Origin: Girardia tigrina
Taxonomy: Eukaryota
DNA: 49,287 bases
Direction of reading: 5' to 3'
Assembly (NCBI GenBank): GCA_001938485.1
Contig: MQRK01235997.1
Location: 1 to 49,287, forward strand
In this document: one piece after another, positions 1 to 11,500 of the stretch
Position numbering within the stretch: position 1 is the stretch's first letter
Layout of the letters: each line of letters opens with the position of its first letter
Notes under the pieces: model-generated
Database searches by the model: none
The model's input: the letters and a program-made list of their open reading frames with translations, nothing else
Told to the model about the DNA's origin: nothing
Position numbers and translations under genes: made by a program

Positions 1-263
1 TAGGTATGTTTTTTGTTCACGAATCTATTTCATAGTTCGATTTCATAGAAATTTGCATTTAAAAAGTCTGCTACAACGCTGATTATCTAAAAATAAACCA
101 GACAATGAAAGGTGCACAGAGACTTCTTAATTAATTTAATTACTTATTAAAGTAATTTAATTATTTTTGTTTAAATTGGTAATTTGCAAGTTTTGGGAAT
201 ATTTCAAAAATATAGTTTGCTAGTTTTCATATTTTCTGTATTTGATTCTAGTTTTTCTTCTCA

Positions 264-2040
264 AGCTATCGCAGCCTTGATGACTACCGTGAAGATCGCT
301 CCCGCGTACGATGGGTGTGAAGACGCAACATTCTGGATCGAGCGATTCCGCGAGTGCACTGATACGCTCAACGAAAATAAGTCAGTGATGCTGCCGCTGG
401 CCCTGACTGGCGAGGCCTCAGTGGTGTTCCGAGGTTTCAACGAGCAGACGCGGAGGGACTTCAAAAAAAGCGCAGCCGTGCTCACGGAAGCTTTTGTCCC
501 GAGCCCGAGACTGTCATGGGCGACGTTTGCATTCCGATGGTTGGTTCCCGTGGAAAGCGTTGACGTTTTATGGCCGAATTGAAGCGATCGGTGGCCGTGA
601 TTTGCAGCAATGGGCAACACTGAAAGGCCTTCATATCCCAAGCATTCGTAAATGGGCTACCCGAAACCGCAATGAGGAACGTGGAGGCCGAAACACTTAA
701 GAAAGCACTAGACCTCGAAACACTAGTCCGGCTTGCTAGAGTTCACGTTAAGGCGGTATGTGAACCCTTAAAAGAGACGGCGGCTGTCGCACGACCGATA
801 AATCGGCTTCAACTGTCTTTATTACCGGATACAAGAGGACCGAGATGCCACTGCTGTGGCGGAACTGGGCATTTTGCGCGTGAATGTGCGACCGGGAGGT
901 GGCGCTTCCAAAAAACAGAGGATGGAACCGAGAACTGAGAGCTGCGGCAAATAAGCGGATGCTTCAACTGCGGATAGAGCATGGCAAGTAAGGACCAGCA
1001 GCGCAAAAGTGATCCGGCGGGAAACCGATAGCCATGGGAAACCTATTGCCCGGGGAGGGAAGTCCGGCTGTAATGATACGCGTCTTGTATTCGTTCCGGT
1101 GAACGTTTGTGGGATAACCATGAGTGCGATGGTTGACACGAGATGTTCGATATCAGTCGTTGCAAGGGCATTAGTGCCGCCGGCAAAGTTAGTTTGAGTG
1201 GACAAAGCAGTTCGAATGATGGATTGCTCTGTGGCGGGCATGCGGTTCAGGGCGACTTTGTCGATCGATTGTGGCGGCAAGTGGCTCGAATATCGTGTCA
1301 CAGTAGTGCCGGAAGTCGTCGGGTCGAGGACTGGGTTACTTATCGGTATGGACGTAATCAGCCAACTCGGGGGCGTGTGGGTGCCCGGTGGAGGTGGCGC
1401 CCAAACGTTTGGGCGGATCGAGCACCAGGCGGCGGTGGTTAGAGCGAACTGACCAGCAGCACAAGAATCGACGATGCCTATTTTTCGGTTGAATTCGATG
1501 GCCGTTCATGGATAGCGGCATGGAAGTGGAAGAGAGGCGAGGCACCGCCAGAGTCACTCTGGGGAGCGACGACCTATGCGTCGGTCAAGCAACACGAGAA
1601 AGAAGTGAGCCAAGAGCTGACCAAATGGAAAAAGAACGGGTGGCTCATTCTTTTCAAAGGCATAGCAAAGGCGATATAGCCGCTGATGGCTGTAGTTCAG
1701 ACCGCCAAAGGGAAGGTGCGGCCGGTACTTGACTGTCAGGCACTGAACGATTTTTTTCAAGTCACACGGCAGAGAGCCTTGTGTATGCTGAAAAACTGCG
1801 CAAATGGCGGAAGATGGGGATGTCCCTCGAGATTGTCAACTTGAGGCGGGTATACCTCCATATCATAGTGGGCCGGAGCCTGTGGCCTTACCAAGTTATC
1901 TACCATGAGGGTCTGGCGTGGTGTCTAACGCGCCTGGGGTTCGGGCTGAACGCCGCGCCAAAAATCATGAGGCGCATCATGGATCACGTGCTCTGAGCGA
2001 CCCGTATGTCAAGGAGGCTGCAGACGCGCATATAACGATG
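264..2040 (+). mobile_element. Degenerate GC-rich Ty3/Gypsy-like retrotransposon internal region (gag, zinc knuckle, protease, RT N-half)
   Basis: Frameshifted ORFs give Gag-like PAYDG..FWIERF, CCHC knuckle CHCCGGTGHFAREC (about 845-890), protease AMVDTRC...LIGMD and RT motifs EKLRKWRKMG, LWPYQVI, LTRLGFGLNAAPKIM. It ends at a decayed YIDD (cat ata -ac gat, 2029-2039). No LTRs seen. Confidence 0.85.
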
Positions 2041-2415
2041 CTTCAACTGGATTATCAATGGTCATTCACTGTTGCAGACATCCGCCGACCTATACTGGGT
2101 TCTGATTTCATGGCAGCCCACGAGCTCCTCATCGATTGCCGCAATACTTTAATCCGGAACTCTAGTCAAATCAATCAAATATCAACATTACCAGTTCTGA
2201 ACATCGATACTACAGGACTACCAGTTGCTCAGAAAGCCAGAAGAATGGGAAAAACTATCTTAGAAGATGTCCGAAAACAATTAACTGAACTGCTCCAGAG
2301 AGGAATAATTCGTGAAAGTAACAGTGACTGATCTTCTCCACTAGTTATAGTCAAAAAGAAAGACGGTTCTTTCCGCCCATGTGGTGACTACATCCTACTC
2401 AACGAAAAAACAAAA
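2041..2415 (+). mobile_element. Fragment of a second, AT-richer Ty3/Gypsy pol (protease C-terminus and RT N-terminus)
   Basis: WSFTVADIRRPILGSDF, IDTTGLPVAQKARR and GIIRESNSD*SSPLVIVKKKDGSFRPCGDY are canonical Gypsy pol motifs. Confidence 0.85.
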
Positions 2416-3601
2416 AAAGTTTATTTTTATTTATTTAAAACGACTTGAATGACAAATAAATAAAATTTGAAAATTGAAACTGTGGAAAAATGTAGTATTG
2501 CTTTAGGAAAGAAAATTAAAAATTTGATATCTTATTTTTTTTGCATAATAATGAACAAGATATTTAAAATCCATTTAATTATCAATTAATTTAAATAATT
2601 ATTGATTTGTATTTATTTATTTATATTTTCAAATTCTTTTCTAAGAATTCTGTTTTTGTTATTACTATTAAATTTTATTATTATAAATTCATTAATATTT
2701 TGAGATAATAAATTAACAAATATTCAATTAATAAATAAATAAATAATAATTTTTATATTAACAATAAAAATAAATTAAAAAAAATTATTAAAAATTCACA
2801 AAAACAAAAAAAAATAATCTAAAATTGTTTAATTATTTTTTTTATTTTCTTTTCTTTTCTTAATATTAATTTTGTTCCTTATTTAATAATCCCAATGAAT
2901 ATATAAGAAAATTTTTCGCTGAGAGAAAGAGAAAATGGTAAACTAAATATTAAAATATTGGATTATATTTTTTTCTAATTTTGTTTTTCTATTAATTATA
3001 TATATTAAAATTAACCAATTAAAATAAAATTTACCTAATAAAAAAGTATTTTTTAATAAAAAATGAACACATTATTATTAAAAATGATAAAAATAAAATA
3101 AATATTTACAAAACATTTTTAGAATCATATTAATTATTTTGTCAAAAAATTTGAGACACAAAACTAAAAATAATATAGGCAAATATGAAAAATAAAAATT
3201 GAAACTTAAATAACTAAAGTTATTCACATTTTTAGAGACAAAAATTTAAATAATGTGGAAAGTTAATAATAAAATAAATTAAAAAAAATAATATTTTTAT
3301 TTTACAATATATTTGTTTTTGTTAATTTTTTGAAAATTGTCACAATTAAAACGTTTTATTCATAATTGCAATTATGATAAATTTAATCTTAATAACTTCT
3401 TTTGAAGAGATCTTTAATATGTTAATGATGATTAAATTATATGTTAGTATGAGAGCGGGCGCAGCATGGCTGCGGGGTCCCGGGGCTGGGAAATCAGTGT
3501 TTCCGGGACGGGGGAAACATAACTCCATCTCACCGAATATTTCGAACACGTGTTTCGGTTATCCGAACGATGGCAATTTGCGACCCATATCTAAGACTCA
3601 C

Positions 3602-4016
3602 CCTTTTAAATAACTTCTCGCGCTCTCAAAGAACAATAATGTTATCTTGCATACACCGATATTCCCGTTGATAATCGATTAGAATTTCACTTTTTCTTTG
3701 CATGGTGTAATCATTGACTGATGAGATTGAGGGAGCACTGTCTCGACCATCTTTCTTGTCTTTAGAGTTGTCTGGGTGCAACTGATTCCACATTTTTTCA
3801 TTCACCTCACTCAACCGGTCAAGAATCCGCCCGATATCGATCGACACTGTTTCATAGAGATTTATCTTTCAAACTGATGCTTGAATCAGCACTGGTTTTC
3901 ATTTCTCTGTTTTCTCGCGACCCCAAACGACTGAAGGCGACTAATTTATCATACGATGTGTTCTCTTGCGTCCTCGCTATTCGACTCAAATCATCTCAAT
4001 CTTTTTCTCCGGTCAT
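3602..4016 (-). pseudogene. GOSR1: Golgi SNARE GOSR1/GS28 N-terminal exon, pseudogenised
   Basis: ATG at 4016 gives MTGEKD*DDLSRIARTQEN..DKLVAFSRL (cf. WEDLRKQARQLEN..LKLVSFSKL). After a frameshift near 3865: LYETVSIDIGRILDRLSEVNEKM...TMQRKSEILIDYQREY...L*EREKL (cf. FETMAIEIEQLLARLTGVNDKM...TLQRHRDILQDY...RERENL). It ends at a GTGAGT donor (3601). Two stops and one frameshift. Confidence 0.8.
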
Positions 4017-4481
4017 TAAATTTATATTTGAAAAACGAGAAAAATCGTCGAGAAATTCAAAAAATAATGATATGACAAATTTTTTATTCAATGTACAATA
4101 TTTACAATATTTCATATCGAATTCGCGCCGAATAATTTACAACGACCGATTTAAACAAATTCCGAATTTCATAAATCTCATCAAAATTTTTTATTTAATT
4201 CAGTTAGACAAACAAATTAAATTCGAATCACATTTAATAGATTTCTTTTTATTAAATTTTTTTTTTATTTAATTTCTTTTTATTATCTGAAATTTTCTTT
4301 TATAACATGATGATAAATGATAATAAATGATGAGTTTTAAAAAAATGAAATAATCAAATAGTACAAATTTCGTACCAAACATGATTTGTAAATAAGACAT
4401 TATCAATATTAAGAACACACAAAGAAAGAACAAAATTGGGAAAGTTTTCCTTTTATAGAATTGATGTTATGTCTAAATTAG

Positions 4482-4619
4482 ATATCACGAATATCGACAG
4501 ATATTTCCACTACAGTTCTTCGTTATTACGATATGGTCTCTAAATATTTAATCGAAACGTATCATAATCCAGAGATAATGGACGATATTGTTCCAATAAT
4601 TCTTTATTCTGATATTTTT
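4482..4619 (+). CDS. Orphan exon candidate, unknown protein
   Basis: AG acceptor, 46 open codons (ISRISTDISTTVLRYYDMVSKYLIETYHNPEIMDDIVPIILYSDIF), GTAAGT donor at 4620. Confidence 0.35.
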
Positions 4620-5012
4620 GTAAGTTCCCCGCCGCATTTCGATCGGTTGATATTTACTATTAAGAACACCAATTTTATTTTTTATATTTTTATTTAAACA
4701 ACAATTTTGATTGTCCTCAAGACAATCTTTGTCAAAACTTTCGTACATTTACATTCAAAGCGAAATTGATTAATGGTTTAATTCTCATTACTTTTTTAGA
4801 AAATGGAGAAAAAAAATTTAAATAAAATATTCCCTCAAAACTTATTGGATAATAATTAAAATGATAATTAATTATTTAAAAAATATTAATTTGATTTATT
4901 TATTAAATATTATAAAAATTAATTAACTTATTTAAAATTTTAAAATTATATGAAATTAAAATTAAATTTAAACATTACATATTTTTAGATAATAGAATTA
5001 AAACATTAATCA

Positions 5013-5335
5013 TCCATCTGGGTAGGAGAGACACATTTCCAAATCAACATACACATTCAAACACAAAACATCAAACATTCAAATATTCCTCACATTTACT
5101 TTTGCAATTTTTGATTGTATCCTCGATAACTTGCTACAAGTGTCCCAATTGATCGGGAGAAAAGGTGGGGAATTTGAAATTGACACTGGTTAAATGTGTG
5201 GGTGACAGATTCAATATTTTCAGGATACGCCGAATTATAATCGCCAAATGGATGAACCACAAACGTTGAAATCGTGACGAAGGTTCTGCTCTTGGCAAGC
5301 AACTTTCTACGACCCTCCCTTTCTCACTTAGAATC
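5013..5335 (-). repeat. Dispersed diverged repeat, possibly an LTR remnant; related copy at 26757-27065
   Basis: Both loci share TCCATCTGGGT[A/G]GGAGA[G/A]ACACATTTCCAAAT, a CA-rich tract, AATATTCYTCACAT and a similarly spaced CCCTT-TCACTT (PPT-like on the minus strand). Confidence 0.4.
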
Positions 5336-6780
5336 AAACAATATATATTTTCGTTCATTTTTTATCTTTAAATTACTTGCATTAAATTAATAAAATTAAC
5401 TGGTATTTTCAGTTTAAGATTTATTTTGCTTTGAGGTTTTCATTTGAGTTAAATTTCTCATTTAAAAAACTAACAAAAAAGAAAAATACAAAATATACAT
5501 TTATCTCTTGACTTTACCAAATGTTTTATATTCCTAAAAGAAAGTGTGATAGTGAATGCGATATAGAAATAAAATAGCAACTGCAACAGCATAGTTCCTC
5601 AATATCCTTCTTTCCGTCGTACAGCATGAAACAGTCACTGTACTGAACTTAATTGTGCTTCTTATAAAATAAGAAAGAAAATTACAGACAAAATAAGATG
5701 GAATAAAAAAGTAATGCCAAATTGATTGAACAATAAATTAAAACCTAAATAGTATTTTTATATTCTCTTTTTCTTTCTTTTCAAAAAAGAATTTTGAAAA
5801 GTAACAAAATTTGAAAATCAAACGATTTTGTTATTTTTTTGACTACTTTGGTCAAACATGTTTGATGAATGACAGAAATGAAGAGTCCAAATACAATTTA
5901 ATCTTTTAAAAAAATCTTGACTGACTGGAAGAACACAGAAAAAAACAATACTCTTATTAATACTGACACTTTTATGAATAATAAATACTTTTACTTTGCC
6001 ATTAATATTAACAAAAGAAACAATATTTTTTCATTGAATTTTATTGATTTTTAATTGAAACATAATTATCCCTACCAATCGGGAAGGTTAATTGTACAAA
6101 CAATTAAAGACACTTCCGACAGATATAACACACGATTCTATCAACACTGAAGGAGAACAAATAAGGAAGCCATTGTGATTTTGTCACGCTGCGTGAATTA
6201 CAACTTTTGTATTTTATGGAGTTTCTGAAACCACCGGAAATCAGCACCAATTATATCTAGACTAAAAGTAATTTCGTTCAACTTGTCAATTTTACTTTTG
6301 ATGTTGCCCAAATTTCAATAAAATTAAACAAAAGCTTTAATATAAAGACATATTTTGACCGTAAATTTTGATAACAATATTATATATATTTGAAAAATAA
6401 TTTTATTTAATCTTTTATAAGAAATTAATTATTGAAAATGTTTTGGAATTTAGTATTCCATCATCAGAAATTATAATTTCATATTGTAAGTTTTACTGAC
6501 TTTTTGGGACAAAATGTACATAAGCAAACAGATAAATCACAACATTGAGATCACGTTGAAAAAATTTTTAAATCACACGGGACGGGTTAAGAACAGTATA
6601 AATGAAGAAAACATGTAAGAGCACAAAAGAATTATCAAAACATCATATTTTGAACTATTTAATGCATTTAAGAACAGTATTTGAAAGAATATAAGTATTA
6701 TCAAAGTAGTTTCAGAAACAAACTAATCTAGTTTTGTAACTCTGATTTTCAAGGGTGTAAAAACAAGTACATTAAATTTT

Positions 6781-6867
6781 GGGATCTCTGAGTGCAAAGC
6801 CAGATGAGACATACCTCCGCGTGGTATCTCTGGGAAACTAGAGCTTACTTCTCTTGACTAAAGCGTC
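6781..6867 (+). ncRNA. Degenerate HDV-like self-cleaving ribozyme
   Basis: Element order matches R2/R4/RTE HDV-like ribozymes: P1 GGGAT(6781)/ATCTC(6826); P3 ACC/GGT around loop TCCGCGT (6813-6825); P1.1 GG; P4 AGAG/CTCT; J4/2 ACTAA (C6858); P2 GACAT/GCGTC, imperfect. Confidence 0.6.
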
Positions 6868-7180
6868 CAAAGCTGAGCCATCTGCTGTTTGAATTTTCGG
6901 CAGCAGTCATATATGGTTACTGGGTTAGCAATCCAGTTTCTTGAAAGCCTAGCTGCATAAACCTAAGTGTTAGGCTTTGAGGTCGTGACCCTGTAGTCGT
7001 TTGGTCGATTGCATCGCAATGATCCAGGGTTTCTAATCCTGGTGATGGATATTGTGAAGCAGGTTCGCCGGTGGAGCTAGGCATATCACAACATTGAGGG
7101 AGTGCCTTTTGAAGCCATAAGCGTCTCAGACCTCCTAAAAAGCCTCAGACTTAATATCTTTATAGGATGAGAGGCTCACA
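6781..7180 (+). mobile_element. GC-richer structured element, probable non-LTR retrotransposon 5' UTR or non-autonomous derivative
   Basis: Begins with the HDV-like motif; its last block (7129-7180) aligns with the reverse complement of 29515-29568. Confidence 0.5.
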
Positions 7181-7267
7181 TTAGATGAATTTTCGTCTTT
7201 GAAAGTTTCTGTTTTAATTTTTAAATCGTAATTATAATAATTTATTATTTATTGCTTCAAGATCTGT

Positions 7268-7821
7268 ATTGATTTAACAGTCGAGTGTACTCCCAGCATC
7301 ATTCAGCAACGGCGCTACACTGATAAAATTGTCTCGATGCGGGTTATCCATATTAACGTCGTCCTTAAATGGATTCACTCCGGTCCCTCCACAATTTTGC
7401 ATTTTATTTGTTGATATTATTTTTAAAAACTAAAATTTGTAATTTCTACAAAATTGATTTTTAGCAATTTAATTAGTAAATAAGTGATAAAAATCATCAT
7501 TTATCGAATAAATTAGTATTTTATTAGTATTTTCGTAAAAATGTTCACGAAATTCCTTGTAGGAGTCAGCAAAATCGTCATTATTCGAAATCAGTGTTAA
7601 TTTAACCGTTTAACGACTTGTACGGTTTTCAATCGATTTCATCGGCTTCCGGGCGTCTTTCGACAAAGGTGCTATACCGACAGAATTTTATTGATGCGGG
7701 CTATCTAGATTGACCACGATCTTAAATGGATTCACTCCGGTTCGTCCGCAATTTTACATTTAAAAGCGTGACAGACAAACAAACAAACAAACACACTTTT
7801 TAGATAAATATTATTTATAGA
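7268..7821 (-). mobile_element. Non-autonomous Helitron family A, 3'-truncated copy
   Basis: Minus strand starts TCTATAAATAATATTTATCTAAAAAG followed by (GTTT)n; homologous to 13525-15423 and 35305-35878. Confidence 0.75.
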
Positions 7822-8339
7822 GAGAAACAAACCGCCATTTTTACACTTCAAATTGAATAAAAATATTTCCATTTTTAATCACATTAAAAATTTAAGAACC
7901 CAGATAAAGTGAATTAGGGGAAAGAATTCACATTTTATTTAACAACATTTGATATATCCAGAGAGGATAGTCACCGAGGCATTATTAATAGAGCACTGAA
8001 AACCATTTAAAACGAAATTTCCTACTTAATTGCTTCATACATTGAGGTTAAAAGTTATTTTTCATAGTATAATATCCGTGAACTTCAGATTAGGATTTAT
8101 TAGTTCACGTCTTGAAATCCGACAAGTTCTTCTTTAGTGTCATGAGTTTTTGAAATTTAAAATAAAAATTCTTGTTTTTTTAATCATCGTATGAAAGCGA
8201 AAAAAATCTTTCGAAATTTTTTTCAAAAGTGAAAACATTTAAATTGACAATAAATACCGAAAAAGTTTTAAGTAATTAACTTTTCTCTTCAAAACTGATC
8301 ACCAAGAACTGCTTTAAAATAAGTAAAAAATATAATTAT

Positions 8340-8517
8340 TGTAAGGATAAATAATTATATGATATTTATATTATCTTTATTATACTAAATATATTACAAT
8401 AATGGATCCAGAATATTCAAATTAATCTCTTGAATTTGTTTTAATATTATTACAACGCCTTTAATTTTTAAATAACAAATATATATTTTCTATTTTGAAA
8501 TTGTTAATTTATTATTA
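8340..8517 (+). repeat. 5' LTR (3' tip deleted)
   Basis: Starts TGTAAGGA; about 5 substitutions versus 12424-12616 by eye; lacks the terminal 15 nt. Confidence 0.9.
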
Positions 8518-8529
8518 TGGCGACCACGG
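8518..8529 (+). promoter_or_regulatory. Primer binding site, tRNA-Arg type
   Basis: TGGCGACCACGG directly after the LTR; complementary to a tRNA 3' end ...CGUGGUCGCCA. Confidence 0.7.
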
Positions 8530-11500
8530 TCAGTGTCATCGGAAATCTGGCTCCGAAGGTTTATGATGGGTCACAGGACATAGAAGAATTTATAGCCGAT
8601 TGCCAGCGATTCTTTGAAGTTGTTCAGATCAACAAGGCTATTCAAGCGACTATCATTAAACTTTCGTGGATCGAGATATATTAGCCACGGCAAAACAGTG
8701 GATAGCAAAATCACGGATTTCAAGGATCGATTGAGAAAGGCTTTGAAACGGCCATCGTCCCTAATCCAGGATCTCAAAGAATTGATGACATACAGGAAGG
8801 GCACCGACTCAGCGACAGTATTTTTCAACAAAATTGAAAAAAATGGTGGACAGAGTACTGTTACACAAGAAGAACAATCAGGAATTGATGACCTATTTCG
8901 TCACCCACTGTGTCGAAGTTGTGTCAATCAGGACGCAAATTTTTATGCAAGAAGAGAAAGTTCCGGATTCTATTAAAGCGGTGATCGAAAAAATGGAGCA
9001 CATCAAGGCTGAAGAACAGTCCAACGAGATTACATTATTGTAACAGAAAAAGACTTGCAAATGTGTTGTGGGAAAAATTTAATTTCGGGAAGCCAAACCG
9101 TTTCCAACAAATAAGGGAGTCCCAACCGGAATTAATAAAACGAAATGAAAATTAGGATCAAAGAAACAAACAGAGATACCAGACGTCGCCCAGTAAGGTG
9201 ATTGAATGTTTCATTTGTAGAAAAACTGGACATATGAGACGGGAATGTCCCGAAAACGTCAAACGGTGTTACGGATGCCGTGCCAAAGGACATATTCGGA
9301 GAGAGTGTCCATATCTGAAATGCGCAAATTGCAAGGGACAAGGACATTTATGGTACCAATGCTTCAAACAAGAAGACCAGCAGATGAATCGAGATTCGAT
9401 CGGTTAGAAATCGAACCGGTATAAATCGAATGTTGCCGGAATTGACGAAATAGAGGAGATAGACGTATGTAACCGAGACATATCGGGAAATGCGGAGGCC
9501 CTATCGGGTCAAGAGATGATAGGAGCCATAAATTAAAAAGTAAGAATGTTTTGGATCCGGTTATTTGTAATATTAATGATTGAAATTGTAATTTTAATTT
9601 TAATTATAGTAATTTATATCATAATGTATTATATAATAATTATAATATTTGTATTTTAATGATTATAATAAACCTGTATCAACAACAAAAAATTTTCTAG
9701 ATAGTTCAGTTCAAGAGTATAAGATACTTAAATGTGAGATTACATCGAATGAGAAATTAGACTATAGTGAATTTGACGATAGACCCAGTATTAAGGCTAG
9801 GATAGAAGAAATGGAAAATAACTGTTTATTAGACGCAGGTGCCCCAATCAATGTTATTGACTTGGAAATCGCACAAAAGTTGCAGATTAGAATATATAAG
9901 AACACAATGTCATCGGTAATATGTGCGAACGGTAGCGGAATGGATATAGTTGGTACTTGTAGTATTATAGTTGTATGGAAAAATAAGAGAGTTAACCAGT
10001 TATATTATGTCGCAAAAACGGTATTCCCAGCAATTATTTTCGGAATAACATTGATCAGAGGGATTGATTTAGAACTGGGATGGAGTAGAGAAAGTATAAT
10101 GAAGGATCAAAATTATATGACTAAAACTAATGGAGAAATTTGGGCCTTAAATCCCTATATAAATTAATTGAAATATACCGATAAAATGTGATTTCTGAAT
10201 GCAAAAGAAAAGTTAAATTTAAGGGAAGGAAATAAATTATATAAATGTATCAATAGGTTTAAAAATATTTTTATGGCTGGAAGAGGGTATTGTATATAGG
10301 GAAGACGACGCTGGTTAAACACAGAATCGACACATCAGGACAACCAATTCTACAAAAACCGTGGAGGCAGTCAAACCACCTGGAACGACATATAGATGAT
10401 GCGACCAGTAATCTTGAAAGACATGGGATAATAGAGAAATGCTCTTCACCATGGAATACACCAATGTTATGTGTTTGGAAGAAAGAGAAAAAAGAAATCC
10501 GTTTATGTTTGGATTTTAGGTTATTGAACAAAGTGACAGAGAGACCGGCATTTCCTATGCCGAACATTGATGAGAGGTTGGACTCACTAAAGGGTATGAA
10601 ATGATTCAGTTAAATGGTTCAGTTAGTTCTTTTAAAGATAAAATCGATTATGGAATTCGAACAGCCAAAGTGTATAAAAATTGCGGAGTTTCCTCAGATT
10701 ATGTAATTACTACAGGAAATTTATAAAAAATTATTCGAAATTGGCAAAAATATTAGAAGAAATGTGTGGAAGCTCAAAAGATGTTATGCAATGATCAGAA
10801 GCCCATTCGGCAGCTTTTCATAAATTGAAGGAAGCATTAACATCTTCGTCGATATTGTGTTATCCAGATTTTGTAAAAGAATTTATTTATGACACCGACG
10901 CGTCGTTTGACACAATAGGAGCAGTACTATCGCAGAAAAATGAGAAAGGGGAAGAATAGATGATTGCATATGGATCGAAATCAATGTCAAAACACGAGAT
11001 AGGATATTGCATCACCAGGAAAGAATTATTAACTATCTTCCATTTACGCAACATTTTAAACATTACTTATATGGGGCCCGATTCAAGTTACGGACAGACA
11101 ATAAAGCGATTGAGTTTATGATGACGAAGAAAAAGTCAATAATCCCACATTTTCAGAATTGGATGAATTTTTTAGTAGTCTGGATATGAAATTAGAATAC
11201 TGAAAAGGGGAATTACACCAAAATGTGACGCACTGTCTAGAAAGGATTACATGGTATGTTCACAATGTCTTATACAGCACGAGAAAGCTAAAACTGGCAA
11301 ATTGAAGACGCGACTGTTGGCAATAAATGAAGATACTCTTTCAATCCCGTGGCAACAAGATAGTCAGGAAATTAGAGAAATTATTAAAGCAATAGGAGAA
11401 GGGAAAGAAACAAGATTTAAACAACATGAAGGATGTATAAGAACAGTGAATAATAAGATCTGGATACCGAAAGAATTCAGAAAGGATTGTATTTTATTTT

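Noticed and set aside
3445-3595. GC-rich patch next to the GOSR1 donor as continued coding sequence or a MITE
   Set aside because: No GOSR1 similarity and only weak terminal similarity; left unclassified.
3602-4016. TGA-to-Trp recoding, suggested by TGA at conserved Trp positions (GOSR1, Gypsy 2329 and 10602) and TGA-only exon-like frames
   Set aside because: GOSR1 also has a frameshift. TGA equally replaces Arg, and TAA/TAG stops occur in eEF2, the HECT-like piece and the TEs. TGG is used normally. Ordinary decay explains it.
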